A stretch of 64,000 nt of DNA from an uncultured Acidimicrobiaceae bacterium (lineage in GTDB: Bacteria; Actinomycetota; Acidimicrobiia; Acidimicrobiales; MedAcidi-G1): positions 35,316-99,315 of the forward strand of contig CAXGYF010000002.1 of NCBI GenBank assembly GCA_964013895.1, written 5' to 3'. The notes beneath the pieces are model-generated. The model searched no databases and was not told the DNA's origin. It was given only the letters and a program-made list of their open reading frames with translations. Below, piece by piece: positions 55,932 through 64,000 of this stretch. Positions within the stretch are counted from its first letter, which is position 1. Each line of letters opens with the position of its first letter. A program made the translations under genes and the position numbers.

Positions 55932-56007
55932 CAAAACACGATGAACATTAAATTGAATAGACTATGGTTATATCTGACCCAGATAAAAAGAGAGTTGCAC
56001 CCTAGAA

Positions 56008-57162
56008 ATGTCAAATCAAAAACAACCACGATGGACTTTCCAATGGAAAGAATTGTACGAAGAAGTCATCGATACAGGGCTTTGTACCGGTTGTGCTGGG
56101 TGTGTGATCTCATGCCCGCATGATGTAATTGGATATGAACACGCTCCTGGTGCTTATAAGCCCTTCCACCTTGAAGACGAACTAGGAATAGACAACTGCG
56201 TGCATGGTGAAAAAGGTTGCACTTCCTGCACCCGAGCATGTCCAAGATTTAGGGACTGGGAAACTGAAGCAGAAATGCACCTGTTCGACCGTCACCGAAA
56301 GCCAGACGAACTTTCCGGAGTGTATAAAGACGTTCTACTCACTAGAGCTAGCGATTCGACAGTTCATGAACTTGGTCAAGATGGAGGTCTTGTCTCTGCG
56401 ATACTCATCTGGTGTTTAGACAATAAAATTATTGATGGAGCTTTAACTTCGCATCTAGAAAACGACGAAGAGAATGGAAACTCTTGGAAAGCTATTCCTG
56501 CATTAGCCACCGATAAAGAATCGGTATTAGCTGGAGCTGGGAGCAGATACACCTATTCTGCTAACACACTTGCTATTAATGAAGCGCGAGAAAAAAATCT
56601 TGAATCATTAGCTCTTGTAGGAATGAGTTGCCAAACTTCAATTGGTCCTGTTATGTGGAACCGTAAAGTCGGCAAAGCGGGGAAAACTATCAAATTGAAC
56701 ATCGGATTGTTATGTTCGAAATCTTTTGATGATTCAATTTTTGAAGAATTATTCTGGGCCAAGTACAGACTCCCTAAGGAAGAAATGACCAAAATGAACA
56801 TAAAAGGCGTTTTTCAAATATGGATGAAAAACGGTGACTATCATGAAATCAACCTTAAAGAATGTCACGCTTGGACAAGAGAAGGATGCAATCATTGTCC
56901 CGACTTTGCGGCCGAACACGCTGATATATCGACAGGCGGTATTGGTAAGTACAACGATTGGACATTGACTGTTGTCCGTACGGAACTAGGCCGTCAAATA
57001 ATCATGCGAATGCTTGAAGAAGGTGTGATAGAGGGCAGACCCGGCGACAGTGACCCAGATGCTATTGAACTAATGCACAAGTTGGCTGCAAAAAGTCGGT
57101 CTAGGTGGCCTGATTGGGCGAATTCTTCAGCAAGGGTAGGATTGCCTCAATATCAAGGGTGA
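56008..57162 (+). CDS. F420 hydrogenase/dehydrogenase beta-subunit family (FrhB) with N-terminal 2x[4Fe-4S], FpoF/FqoF-like
   Basis: CTGCAGCVISCP and C...CTSCTRACP; QDGGLVS, GSRY, VGMSCQ, IGLLC and CNHCPDFAAEHADISTG. Confidence 0.88.
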   Translation: MSNQKQPRWTFQWKELYEEVIDTGLCTGCAGCVISCPHDVIGYEHAPGAYKPFHLEDELGIDNCVHGEKGCTSCTRACPRFRDWETEAEMHLFDRHRKPDELSGVYKDVLLTRASDSTVHELGQDGGLVSAILIWCLDNKIIDGALTSHLENDEENGNSWKAIPALATDKESVLAGAGSRYTYSANTLAINEAREKNLESLALVGMSCQTSIGPVMWNRKVGKAGKTIKLNIGLLCSKSFDDSIFEELFWAKYRLPKEEMTKMNIKGVFQIWMKNGDYHEINLKECHAWTREGCNHCPDFAAEHADISTGGIGKYNDWTLTVVRTELGRQIIMRMLEEGVIEGRPGDSDPDAIELMHKLAAKSRSRWPDWANSSARVGLPQYQG

Positions 57163-57170
57163 GTGTTTAC

Positions 57171-57515
57171 TTACGCGCAAGCTTCGCTTGAGTCGTTCAA
57201 CCAACCATAATTTTCTGAAATCATTTGGGAATTCAAATCATCTCTGTGCTTACGAATAAAATCATCTAATTCTTTAAACTTTTCATAGGTGACTACATCT
57301 TGAACACGTTCAATGACACATTCGCAGTAACTTTTAGCTTTAAATGTTGACATGTCTGCATTAGATTCCTGACATGCTTCTACAAAGTTCCTAACTACCA
57401 GACCGTCTTGATCTTCCCATGTCTCAGGCTTACCATCGTTCGCACAACCTGTAGCCAGTAAGGCGCAAACAAAGATTCCTGCCAACAAACTCCTTTTTGA
57501 TGAAAACTTACCCAC
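57171..57515 (-). CDS. Small Cys-containing lipoprotein
   Basis: Lipobox LATGC; EAC...YCEC...EAC pattern. Confidence 0.7.
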   Translation of the reverse strand: MGKFSSKRSLLAGIFVCALLATGCANDGKPETWEDQDGLVVRNFVEACQESNADMSTFKAKSYCECVIERVQDVVTYEKFKELDDFIRKHRDDLNSQMISENYGWLNDSSEACA

Positions 57516-57544
57516 AGCGTGAGGTTAGCGTAATACAAGCGATA

Positions 57545-58219
57545 TCAATCGCTAGCAATGATTTTGGCTCGTTTAATAACTGTGTCGAACATCGATTCTG
57601 TCAATCGTCCAGTAAAAGTATTTTGCTGGCTTACATGATAAGAGCATAAAAGTTTTCTATTCGTATCAATTTCTATTTCCAAACCGTGAGAAAACTTAGG
57701 TTTTGGACTCAAACCAAACTCAATTGCCGCAGATGTGTAACCAATCTGACCTAAAGCAACAACAACTTTTATGTTAATCAAAGCCGAAATCTCTCTTTCA
57801 AAGAAAGGTCGACATCTACTCTGTTCTTTTATATTTGGTTTATTTGCTGGTGGGACACACTTAACAGGAGAAGTTATGAATACGTTTTCTAATTTAAGTC
57901 CATCTTCCAAACCGACTGATTCAGGTTGATTTGCGAGGCCTGACCTGTGAAGAGCCGCGTACAAAAAGTCTCCTGATCTGTCGCCGGTAAACACTCTTCC
58001 TGTTCTATTGGCTCCATGTGCACCCGGAGCCAATCCAACAATAAGTATTCGAGCTTTCGGATCTCCAAAACCTGGTACCGGCAAACCCCAATATTCCTGA
58101 TCTTTGTAGGCCGCACGTTTTTCTTTCGCAACTTTTTCGCGCCACGCGACCAACCTCGGACAAGCTCTGCATGAAACAACTTCTTGTTCTATTGCGTCTA
58201 ATTTAAGAACATGATCCAC
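57545..58219 (-). CDS. Uracil-DNA glycosylase family 5 (UdgB-like, 4Fe-4S)
   Basis: CRACPRL, GLAPGAHGANRTGRVF, KC.PPANKP and YHVSQQN. Confidence 0.92.
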   Translation of the reverse strand: MDHVLKLDAIEQEVVSCRACPRLVAWREKVAKEKRAAYKDQEYWGLPVPGFGDPKARILIVGLAPGAHGANRTGRVFTGDRSGDFLYAALHRSGLANQPESVGLEDGLKLENVFITSPVKCVPPANKPNIKEQSRCRPFFEREISALINIKVVVALGQIGYTSAAIEFGLSPKPKFSHGLEIEIDTNRKLLCSYHVSQQNTFTGRLTESMFDTVIKRAKIIASD

Positions 58220-58244
58220 ATCTGAAGGGTAGGTTAAACTATTA

Positions 58245-58886
58245 ATGGCAGCTACTTTAATAATCTTCGTACGTCATGGAAAAACTCCTACTACGGGGAC
58301 CAAACTCCCGGGAAGGGCACCCAACTTACATCTGTCAAATGAAGGAAAGTTGCAAGCAGAAATAGTTGCGGAAGAGATTGGGAAATCTTCAAATAGCTTT
58401 CTAGGCAAAAAAGTCTCTGCTATTTACGCATCACCCATGGAACGAACGCAAGAAACCGCTAAACCAATCGCTAAAACTCTTAATTTGCGTATTCGTACAC
58501 TTCAAGGACTGAATGAGTGCGATTTTGGCGACTGGACAGGTCGCAGATTGCGTGACCTCTCAAAACTGAAATCTTGGTCGATAATACAAAAACAGCCATC
58601 AAACTTTAGATTCCCCAATGGTGAGTCTTTTACTGAAATGCAGAATCGGATGATAAAGACCATCGACAAATTAGTTGAACGTCATTCCGGAGAAACAGTT
58701 ATATGCGTTTCGCATGCTGACCCTATTAAAGCAATACTGGCCTCTGCTGTTGGAACACCATTAGATCTATTTCAAAGAATAGTGGTGGGACCTTGCTCGG
58801 CTTCAGTAGTTCTCTACACAAAAGAAAGACCATTAGTCCTAAGTTTGAATTCAAACGGGAATTTTAGTGGTTCTTTAGGTTCGTAA
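58245..58886 (+). CDS. Histidine phosphatase (MSMEG_4193 family)
   Basis: RHG, SPMERTQET, LNECDFGDW and VSHADPIK. Confidence 0.9.
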   Translation: MAATLIIFVRHGKTPTTGTKLPGRAPNLHLSNEGKLQAEIVAEEIGKSSNSFLGKKVSAIYASPMERTQETAKPIAKTLNLRIRTLQGLNECDFGDWTGRRLRDLSKLKSWSIIQKQPSNFRFPNGESFTEMQNRMIKTIDKLVERHSGETVICVSHADPIKAILASAVGTPLDLFQRIVVGPCSASVVLYTKERPLVLSLNSNGNFSGSLGS

Positions 58887-58949
58887 AACAACTAACTTAT
58901 TATTGTTTCTGTTAAAAAAATTTAAATATGAAAGGTAGCGTCTATAGCA

Positions 58950-59453
58950 ATGGAACGCCCTGAAATAAACTGGGATCGAACTGAAAGTTTTACTGCAGGT
59001 ACTGTTGGCCCTCAGGGGCGGCGTATCTTTTTTCTGCAAGCCTCGTATGAAGATCAAGTTCTTTCTTTAAAAGTTGAGAAACAGCAAATGGCTGGGCTAG
59101 CTGATTTTCTAATGAGCATGCTCAATGATTTGCCTCCAAAAGATGCATCCGACCTTCTAGATAACACTGTGCAGGAAACAAAGTTTATTGATCCAGGGGA
59201 ACCTGACTGGGTAATAGGAAGTTTGGGTATCACTTATGAGCAATCAGGAGATCAACTAATACTTATAGCAGAAGAGCTAATAAGAGATGAAGACTCCGAA
59301 CCGGCTCAAGCTCGATTGGCATTAAGCCGACTTCAAGTTGAACATTTTATTCAAATAGCACAAGAATTAGTTTCGGCCGGCCGGCCGCCGTGCCCTTACT
59401 GCGGCTCCCCGCTAGAACCAGACGCTGCAGGCTGGTGTCCGTGTTTCAACTAG
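58950..59453 (+). CDS. DUF3090 family protein
   Basis: FTAGTVGPQGRRIFFLQA, LKVEKQQ and C-terminal GRPPCPYCG.P...CP. Confidence 0.88.
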   Translation: MERPEINWDRTESFTAGTVGPQGRRIFFLQASYEDQVLSLKVEKQQMAGLADFLMSMLNDLPPKDASDLLDNTVQETKFIDPGEPDWVIGSLGITYEQSGDQLILIAEELIRDEDSEPAQARLALSRLQVEHFIQIAQELVSAGRPPCPYCGSPLEPDAAGWCPCFN

Positions 59454-59466
59454 AAAGAAAAACGCC

Positions 59467-60225
59467 TTGAAAAAGGATCAAGAATCCAAAACTGAGCAAA
59501 ACCCTTTCAAAGATCGTGAACCCATCGAAAACGAACTTGCGCTCGAAATAATGCACTTTGGAGAAATCGAGATAGTTGGTCGCATGCCTTGGGCTTCGAA
59601 TGGGACGTTCCTAATAAACTTAGAATACAACGAGTCAAGTATCCAAGGCATATATAAACCTAGTAAAGGTGAAAGACCTTTGTACGATTTCCCGCATGGT
59701 ATCTACAAACGAGAGATAGCTGCTTTCGAACTGGCAAATTATTTGGGATGGGATCTGATACCGCCGACTGTCTCTAGAGATGGTCCTCTGGGAGTTGGTT
59801 CTTTGCAACTTTATGTGCCGTGTGATTATGAGATGCACTATTTCACTATCCGTGAGGACCCAGAGTTCAAAAATGATCTGATTCGTTTAGCTACTTTTGA
59901 TCTCCTAGTCAATAACACTGACAGGAAAGCGGGTCATGTCCTAGTAGGGAAAGATGGTTTTATTTGGGCTATCGACAATTCTCTGTGTTTTCACGAAGAA
60001 TTAAAAATTCGAACAGTTATTTGGGACTTCAGCGGAGAAGAAATCCCAAAAAACCTTATTTCAGACCTCACCGATCTAATGAATAAGGGAATACCGGAAA
60101 AATTCTCTGAACTACTGAATCCAAATGAAATTGAAGCTCTGATGCAAAGAACTAGAGCCTTGGTTACAAATGGTTCCTTACCGTATGATCCGTCAGGAAG
60201 GCAGGTTCCCTGGCCTCTACTATGA
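59467..60225 (+). CDS. SCO1664 family PI3/4-kinase-like protein
   Basis: GRMPWASNGTF, YKP..GERPL.DFP, REIAA and NNTDRKAGH...IDN. Confidence 0.88.
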   Translation: MKKDQESKTEQNPFKDREPIENELALEIMHFGEIEIVGRMPWASNGTFLINLEYNESSIQGIYKPSKGERPLYDFPHGIYKREIAAFELANYLGWDLIPPTVSRDGPLGVGSLQLYVPCDYEMHYFTIREDPEFKNDLIRLATFDLLVNNTDRKAGHVLVGKDGFIWAIDNSLCFHEELKIRTVIWDFSGEEIPKNLISDLTDLMNKGIPEKFSELLNPNEIEALMQRTRALVTNGSLPYDPSGRQVPWPLL

Positions 60226-60235
60226 CGGCGAACAT

Positions 60236-61201
60236 TTATTGAGCCTCAAGGGCCTCAATAAGTTTCGGCAAAACTTTGTGGACGTCGCCTACTATTCCAA
60301 GATCTGCAATACCAAAAATTGGTGCTTCCTCATCTTTATTGATAGCAATAATATTTGCTGAACCCTTCATCCCTACTAAATGTTGTGTAGCTCCGGAAAT
60401 ACCACATGCAAGGTAAACCGTTGGCTTAACAACTTTTCCAGTTTGTCCAACTTGATATGAATAAGGCACCCAACCCGCATCCACAATGGCACGAGAAGCT
60501 CCGGGAGCTCCTTTAATTAGACTTGCCAACTTTTCTATCATTTCGTACTTGTCGGCTTCTCCAAGACCTCGACCTCCAGATACGACAATGTTTGCTTCAT
60601 CTAAACGCGGGCCACTACTTTCTTCAACAAATTGATCCTTGACAACTGCTGTTCCTGTACTGCCAAGATCTCCTACTTGAAGAACCGATACAGATGCCGG
60701 ATCCCCACCTGTGGATTCCGCTACGAAAGATTTTGGTCGAACAACAAAAATATTTAAACCTTCAGCTGTGATGCCAGTAAAAACATCTTTAGTTCCACCA
60801 AATACAGGTTCGTGACCTAAAAGACGCTCACCATCCTCTTTCAAATCAATAACATTTGTAATAACAGGGGTATCAAGTTTCACGGAAAGGCGACCTGCTA
60901 GATCCCTTCCGTCATAAGTCGTACCGCATAAAAGAACGTCTGGACCTGATCCCTGTGAACAGGCTTCAGCTATTGCAGAAGCGATTCTCGGACCAGCGAG
61001 TCCATTCTCTAATGATCCAATTGAATAAACTACTGAAGCGCCGTGGTCTCCTAACTCTGCGGCAACCGAGTCTGCATCACCTGCGACTACAACCTCAACT
61101 GTTTCTGCCAATTCACGAGCTTTAGCCAAAAGTTCAAGGGTAATTGAAGCTACAACACCATCATTGGCTTCGCCGTGGACCCATATCTTTGAAAATCCCA
61201 T
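60236..61201 (-). CDS. etfA: Electron transfer flavoprotein alpha subunit
   Basis: VVSGGRG, GASRAIVDAG, QVGQTGK, GISGATQH and AINKD. Confidence 0.96.
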   Translation of the reverse strand: MGFSKIWVHGEANDGVVASITLELLAKARELAETVEVVVAGDADSVAAELGDHGASVVYSIGSLENGLAGPRIASAIAEACSQGSGPDVLLCGTTYDGRDLAGRLSVKLDTPVITNVIDLKEDGERLLGHEPVFGGTKDVFTGITAEGLNIFVVRPKSFVAESTGGDPASVSVLQVGDLGSTGTAVVKDQFVEESSGPRLDEANIVVSGGRGLGEADKYEMIEKLASLIKGAPGASRAIVDAGWVPYSYQVGQTGKVVKPTVYLACGISGATQHLVGMKGSANIIAINKDEEAPIFGIADLGIVGDVHKVLPKLIEALEAQ

Positions 61202-61212
61202 TTTCGTACCTC

Positions 61213-61992
61213 CTAAAGAACTTTAAGATCATCGAGAAAAGCCATGATTCGTTCATGAGCTTCACCTTCATCAACAACTACTTCACCGGCCTCGCGGGCT
61301 GGGGAGTCAGCTATTTCAGTTATCTCTTGACGAGCACCTGCCCAACCAACTGTTGTCGGATCAATTTCTAGCGCCGAAAGGTCTAGTTCTTCAACAGGTT
61401 TGTTCTTCGCAGCCATAATTCCTTTAAACGACGGATATCGAGGTTCTACTACACCAGCTGTGACTGAAATGACTGCTGGAAGAGGACACTCGACCACGTC
61501 GTATCCAGATTCAGTCTGGCGTTTAACAGTTGCTAGTTCCCCGTCTACTGAAACTTCTTTACCGAAAGTTACAGACGGAAGACCTAAAAGTTCTGCTATT
61601 TGTTCTGGAACTGTTCCGGTGTATCCGTCACTTGACTCTGTAGCCGTGAGAACTAAATCAGGATTCGAACGTTTGATAGCAGCTGCTAAAACTTTTGCGG
61701 TAGAAAGAGCATCAGAACCAGCAAGTGCTTCATCGCTTACCAGTATTGCACTTTCAGCTCCCATGGCTAATGCTGTGCGGAGACCACCAGTCTCTCCCCC
61801 TGGAGTCATCGATACAAGACGGACTTCTCCTGACCCTGCAGCATCGACGAGCTGTAAAGCCATTTCGACTCCATAAGAGTCAGACTCATCAAGAATTAAT
61901 TTAGTATCACGCTTTAAAGTTTTGGTATCCGGATTCAACTCACCTGGGTCAGCCGGGTCCGGAATCTGTTTAACACAAACAACTACATCCAT
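61213..61992 (-). CDS. etfB: Electron transfer flavoprotein beta subunit
   Basis: VCVKQIPD, ALAMGA, GSDALST and EPRYPSFKGIMAAK. Confidence 0.96.
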   Translation of the reverse strand: MDVVVCVKQIPDPADPGELNPDTKTLKRDTKLILDESDSYGVEMALQLVDAAGSGEVRLVSMTPGGETGGLRTALAMGAESAILVSDEALAGSDALSTAKVLAAAIKRSNPDLVLTATESSDGYTGTVPEQIAELLGLPSVTFGKEVSVDGELATVKRQTESGYDVVECPLPAVISVTAGVVEPRYPSFKGIMAAKNKPVEELDLSALEIDPTTVGWAGARQEITEIADSPAREAGEVVVDEGEAHERIMAFLDDLKVL

Positions 61993-62161
61993 TTCGCTAT
62001 TTTGCCCTTTATCTGATCAAACTGGTACATCAAGTGACTAATTTCATGGATTTTATAAAATTTTTTTAATTACGTTCGGAAGGGAAACTAGTTCAAATAC
62101 TTAGACAACACTTAGGCTTCAACACAGATATTTGGGCAATTCACAACTAGCGTTATTGAAC

Positions 62162-63136
62162 ATGAAAGTTCTTTTGATAGTCAACCCTTTAGCTTCAGCT
62201 GTAACCGGAAGAACAAGATCCGTTATTCAAAAAGCACTATCGGCTGACCACCGTCTTGAAGTGGCAGTGACAAATCGCAGAGGTCACGCTACGCGAATCG
62301 CTCAAAATGCAGCTAAAGACGGCATAGACATCGTGGTAGTACTCGGAGGAGATGGAACATTAAATGAAGTAGCCAATGGCTTAGTGGATTCAGGAACCGC
62401 CATGGCTGCAATTCCTGGTGGTTCTACAAATGTTTTTGCTCGCACTTTGGGCGTTCCTGATGACCCTATTGAAGCTACAGGGGCTTTATTGGATTCTCTT
62501 GAAGCTGGAACAACTCACAGGATAGGCCTAGGGTCAGTAAATGAAAGGTATTTTCTTTTTCATTCTGGAATAGGTTTTGATGCGGCCGTCGTCGAACAAG
62601 TTGAAAAAAAAGGCGGAGTTCTCAAACGTTTCGCTGGCCACCCTCTCTTCGTTATTGCTGCGATAGGAACTTGGCTTCGAAATTATGATAAGAAACGTCC
62701 CGCTTTCCGCATCTCGACTCGAAAAATTGGCGAAGAAGAAATCGGTGACTTGGAAATTACAGGCGTTGAAGGATTATTTTCAGTCTGTTTGAATACCGAT
62801 CCTTATACTTATCTCGGAACAAGAAAAATTTCTCTAGCTCCAAATGCAAATTTGGACACTCCATTAGCCATTGCGACATTCAAGAATCTGACTTTAAAAA
62901 AATTACTTCCGGTTGTGTTGGGGTCTTTGGGGATAGGCAAAACTACAACTACATCTAGTCGTATCGTAGATTTGCGTGGTGACGTAACCGAAGCACAAGC
63001 AGTAGCTTATAAATCGGTACCCTTGCAAGTAGACGGCGATTTTCTAGGAAATTTCAAAGAGTTTTCATTTCAATATAAAGCAGCATGTTTAGACGTGGTT
63101 ATGCCTATAAAGCCATCTAACTTTAAAAATTATTGA
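62162..63136 (+). CDS. Diacylglycerol kinase family lipid kinase (Rv3218-like)
   Basis: IVNP, GGDGTLNEVANG, IPGGSTNVFAR and QVDGD; start moved to ATG 62162. Confidence 0.92.
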   Translation: MKVLLIVNPLASAVTGRTRSVIQKALSADHRLEVAVTNRRGHATRIAQNAAKDGIDIVVVLGGDGTLNEVANGLVDSGTAMAAIPGGSTNVFARTLGVPDDPIEATGALLDSLEAGTTHRIGLGSVNERYFLFHSGIGFDAAVVEQVEKKGGVLKRFAGHPLFVIAAIGTWLRNYDKKRPAFRISTRKIGEEEIGDLEITGVEGLFSVCLNTDPYTYLGTRKISLAPNANLDTPLAIATFKNLTLKKLLPVVLGSLGIGKTTTTSSRIVDLRGDVTEAQAVAYKSVPLQVDGDFLGNFKEFSFQYKAACLDVVMPIKPSNFKNY

Positions 63137-63828
63137 TTTAAAACTTCTACTGCTAGACCTGGAAAATTAGTGATTATCCCATCAACTCCCCATTCAGCTA
63201 ACTCCGAAATTCTACTTTCATCATCAACAGTCCAAACATTTACATTTAGCCCTCGAGAATGTGCTTCTTCTATCAAAGACTCATCGACTAGATCGTCCCA
63301 AGGATTAATTGATGAGTGATTATGTGATTTCGCTCGATCGAGTATTTGAATACCATCGCTTCTTTCGGCAACAAGCCAACCAGTAGGAATTAAGGGGTCC
63401 GTTTCTCTAATTCGATTAATCGCATTCATATCAAAAGACGAAACTAAAATTTTGTCAGCTGGTTTATAAGCCCTTACTAATCCCACTACTGCTTCGCACA
63501 CCAGGTCCACTTCATCAAAATCGGGTTCACCAGGAAGATGCTTTATTTCTACATTGACTCCCATGTTTTCAGACGCCTCGAAAGCTTCAGCTAAACTTGG
63601 GATCCCTTCTGGAAGACTGTTGGAATCTAAATCTTTAATTAAAGCACCTTCATTAAGATGGGCATCGTGGTGAACCACTAAAACCCCGTCTTTTGAACGA
63701 CGCACATCTAGTTCAATCCAGTCAGCACCTTGTTGCAATGCACCTGTAAAAGCATCTAAGGAATTTTCAGGAAAGTCAGCTGAAGCCCCCCGATGCGCAA
63801 TTACCAAAGGTCGTTTCTGAAAGTTCAC
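63130..63828 (-). CDS. Glycerophosphodiester phosphodiesterase
   Basis: AHRGAS..PENS, ELDV, VHHD, NVEIK, VWTVD and GVDGIITN. Confidence 0.93.
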   Translation of the reverse strand: MNFQKRPLVIAHRGASADFPENSLDAFTGALQQGADWIELDVRRSKDGVLVVHHDAHLNEGALIKDLDSNSLPEGIPSLAEAFEASENMGVNVEIKHLPGEPDFDEVDLVCEAVVGLVRAYKPADKILVSSFDMNAINRIRETDPLIPTGWLVAERSDGIQILDRAKSHNHSSINPWDDLVDESLIEEAHSRGLNVNVWTVDDESRISELAEWGVDGIITNFPGLAVEVLNQ

Positions 63829-63842
63829 AAATTTACTCTGCC

Positions 63843-64000
63843 TTATAAATCAATTTTTTTAAATATTTTTTCAGATGGTAGACGGATCTGAAATCTCACA
63901 CCTTCACCTGTTCCATTTGAAACTACATTAAGAAATCCTTCTAGTTCCTGTTGGATTAATGTTTTCACTATCGTAAGGCCGAGTCCCACATTATCTTCTA
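63843..64000 (-). CDS. C-terminus of a sensor histidine kinase (PdtaS-like HATPase), runs off the right edge
   Basis: Read by hand: EDNVGLGLTIVKTLIQQELEGFLNVVSNGTGEGVRFQIRLPSEKIFKKIDL* (G2 box GLGL). Confidence 0.75.
   Translation of the reverse strand, partial: EDNVGLGLTIVKTLIQQELEGFLNVVSNGTGEGVRFQIRLPSEKIFKKIDL

Noticed and set aside
55737-55934. 66-aa N-terminal extension of the dienelactone hydrolase ORF
   Set aside because: It is the antisense of tRNA-Arg; a strong GGAGG SD supports ATG 55736
55860-56007. tRNA-Arg as an integrative-element attachment site
   Set aside because: No integrase and no duplicated tRNA 3' end seen in the window
1-64000. CRISPR array, IS/transposase, prophage, rRNA, frameshifted pseudogenes
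   Set aside because: No regularly spaced repeats or relevant protein motifs; coding density is continuous and the ORFs look intact apart from the STAS-less SulP

Overview
Gene-dense, low-GC chromosomal segment with about 68 CDS and one tRNA-Arg(CCG). The gene order and marker families (argS-lysA-hom-thrC-x-rho-rpmE-x-prfA-prmC-tsaC-rpiB, PAC2, DUF3039, DUF3090/SCO1664, cofC, PdtaS-like kinase) point to an actinobacterium, and I infer class Acidimicrobiia. I found no CRISPR array, integrase, transposase, prophage gene or rRNA. The left half is catabolic and redox genes: a xanthine-dehydrogenase-like Mo enzyme, amidase, P450, arylsulfatase, a thiolase with an HMGS-like/DUF35 fusion, CoA-transferase, Rieske oxygenase and an LLM oxidoreductase. 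The right half holds the core translation and threonine operon, a phnDCEE ABC transporter, an FpoF/FrhB-like F420 protein and ETF. Best leads: (1) an ApgM-like metalloenzyme in the thrB slot (candidate alternative homoserine kinase); (2) a PhlABC-like thiolase plus a catalytically dead HMGS-DUF35 fusion; (3) a stand-alone FpoF-like F420 oxidoreductase; (4) a His-rich lipoprotein/permease pair that may take up metal; (5) loss of Zn-ligand cysteines in three unrelated proteins; (6) candidate structured leaders for rho and argS, and 11-bp repeats upstream of phnD. All family assignments come from motif recognition by eye, with no database search. Several start codons were moved downstream of the ORF-track starts.
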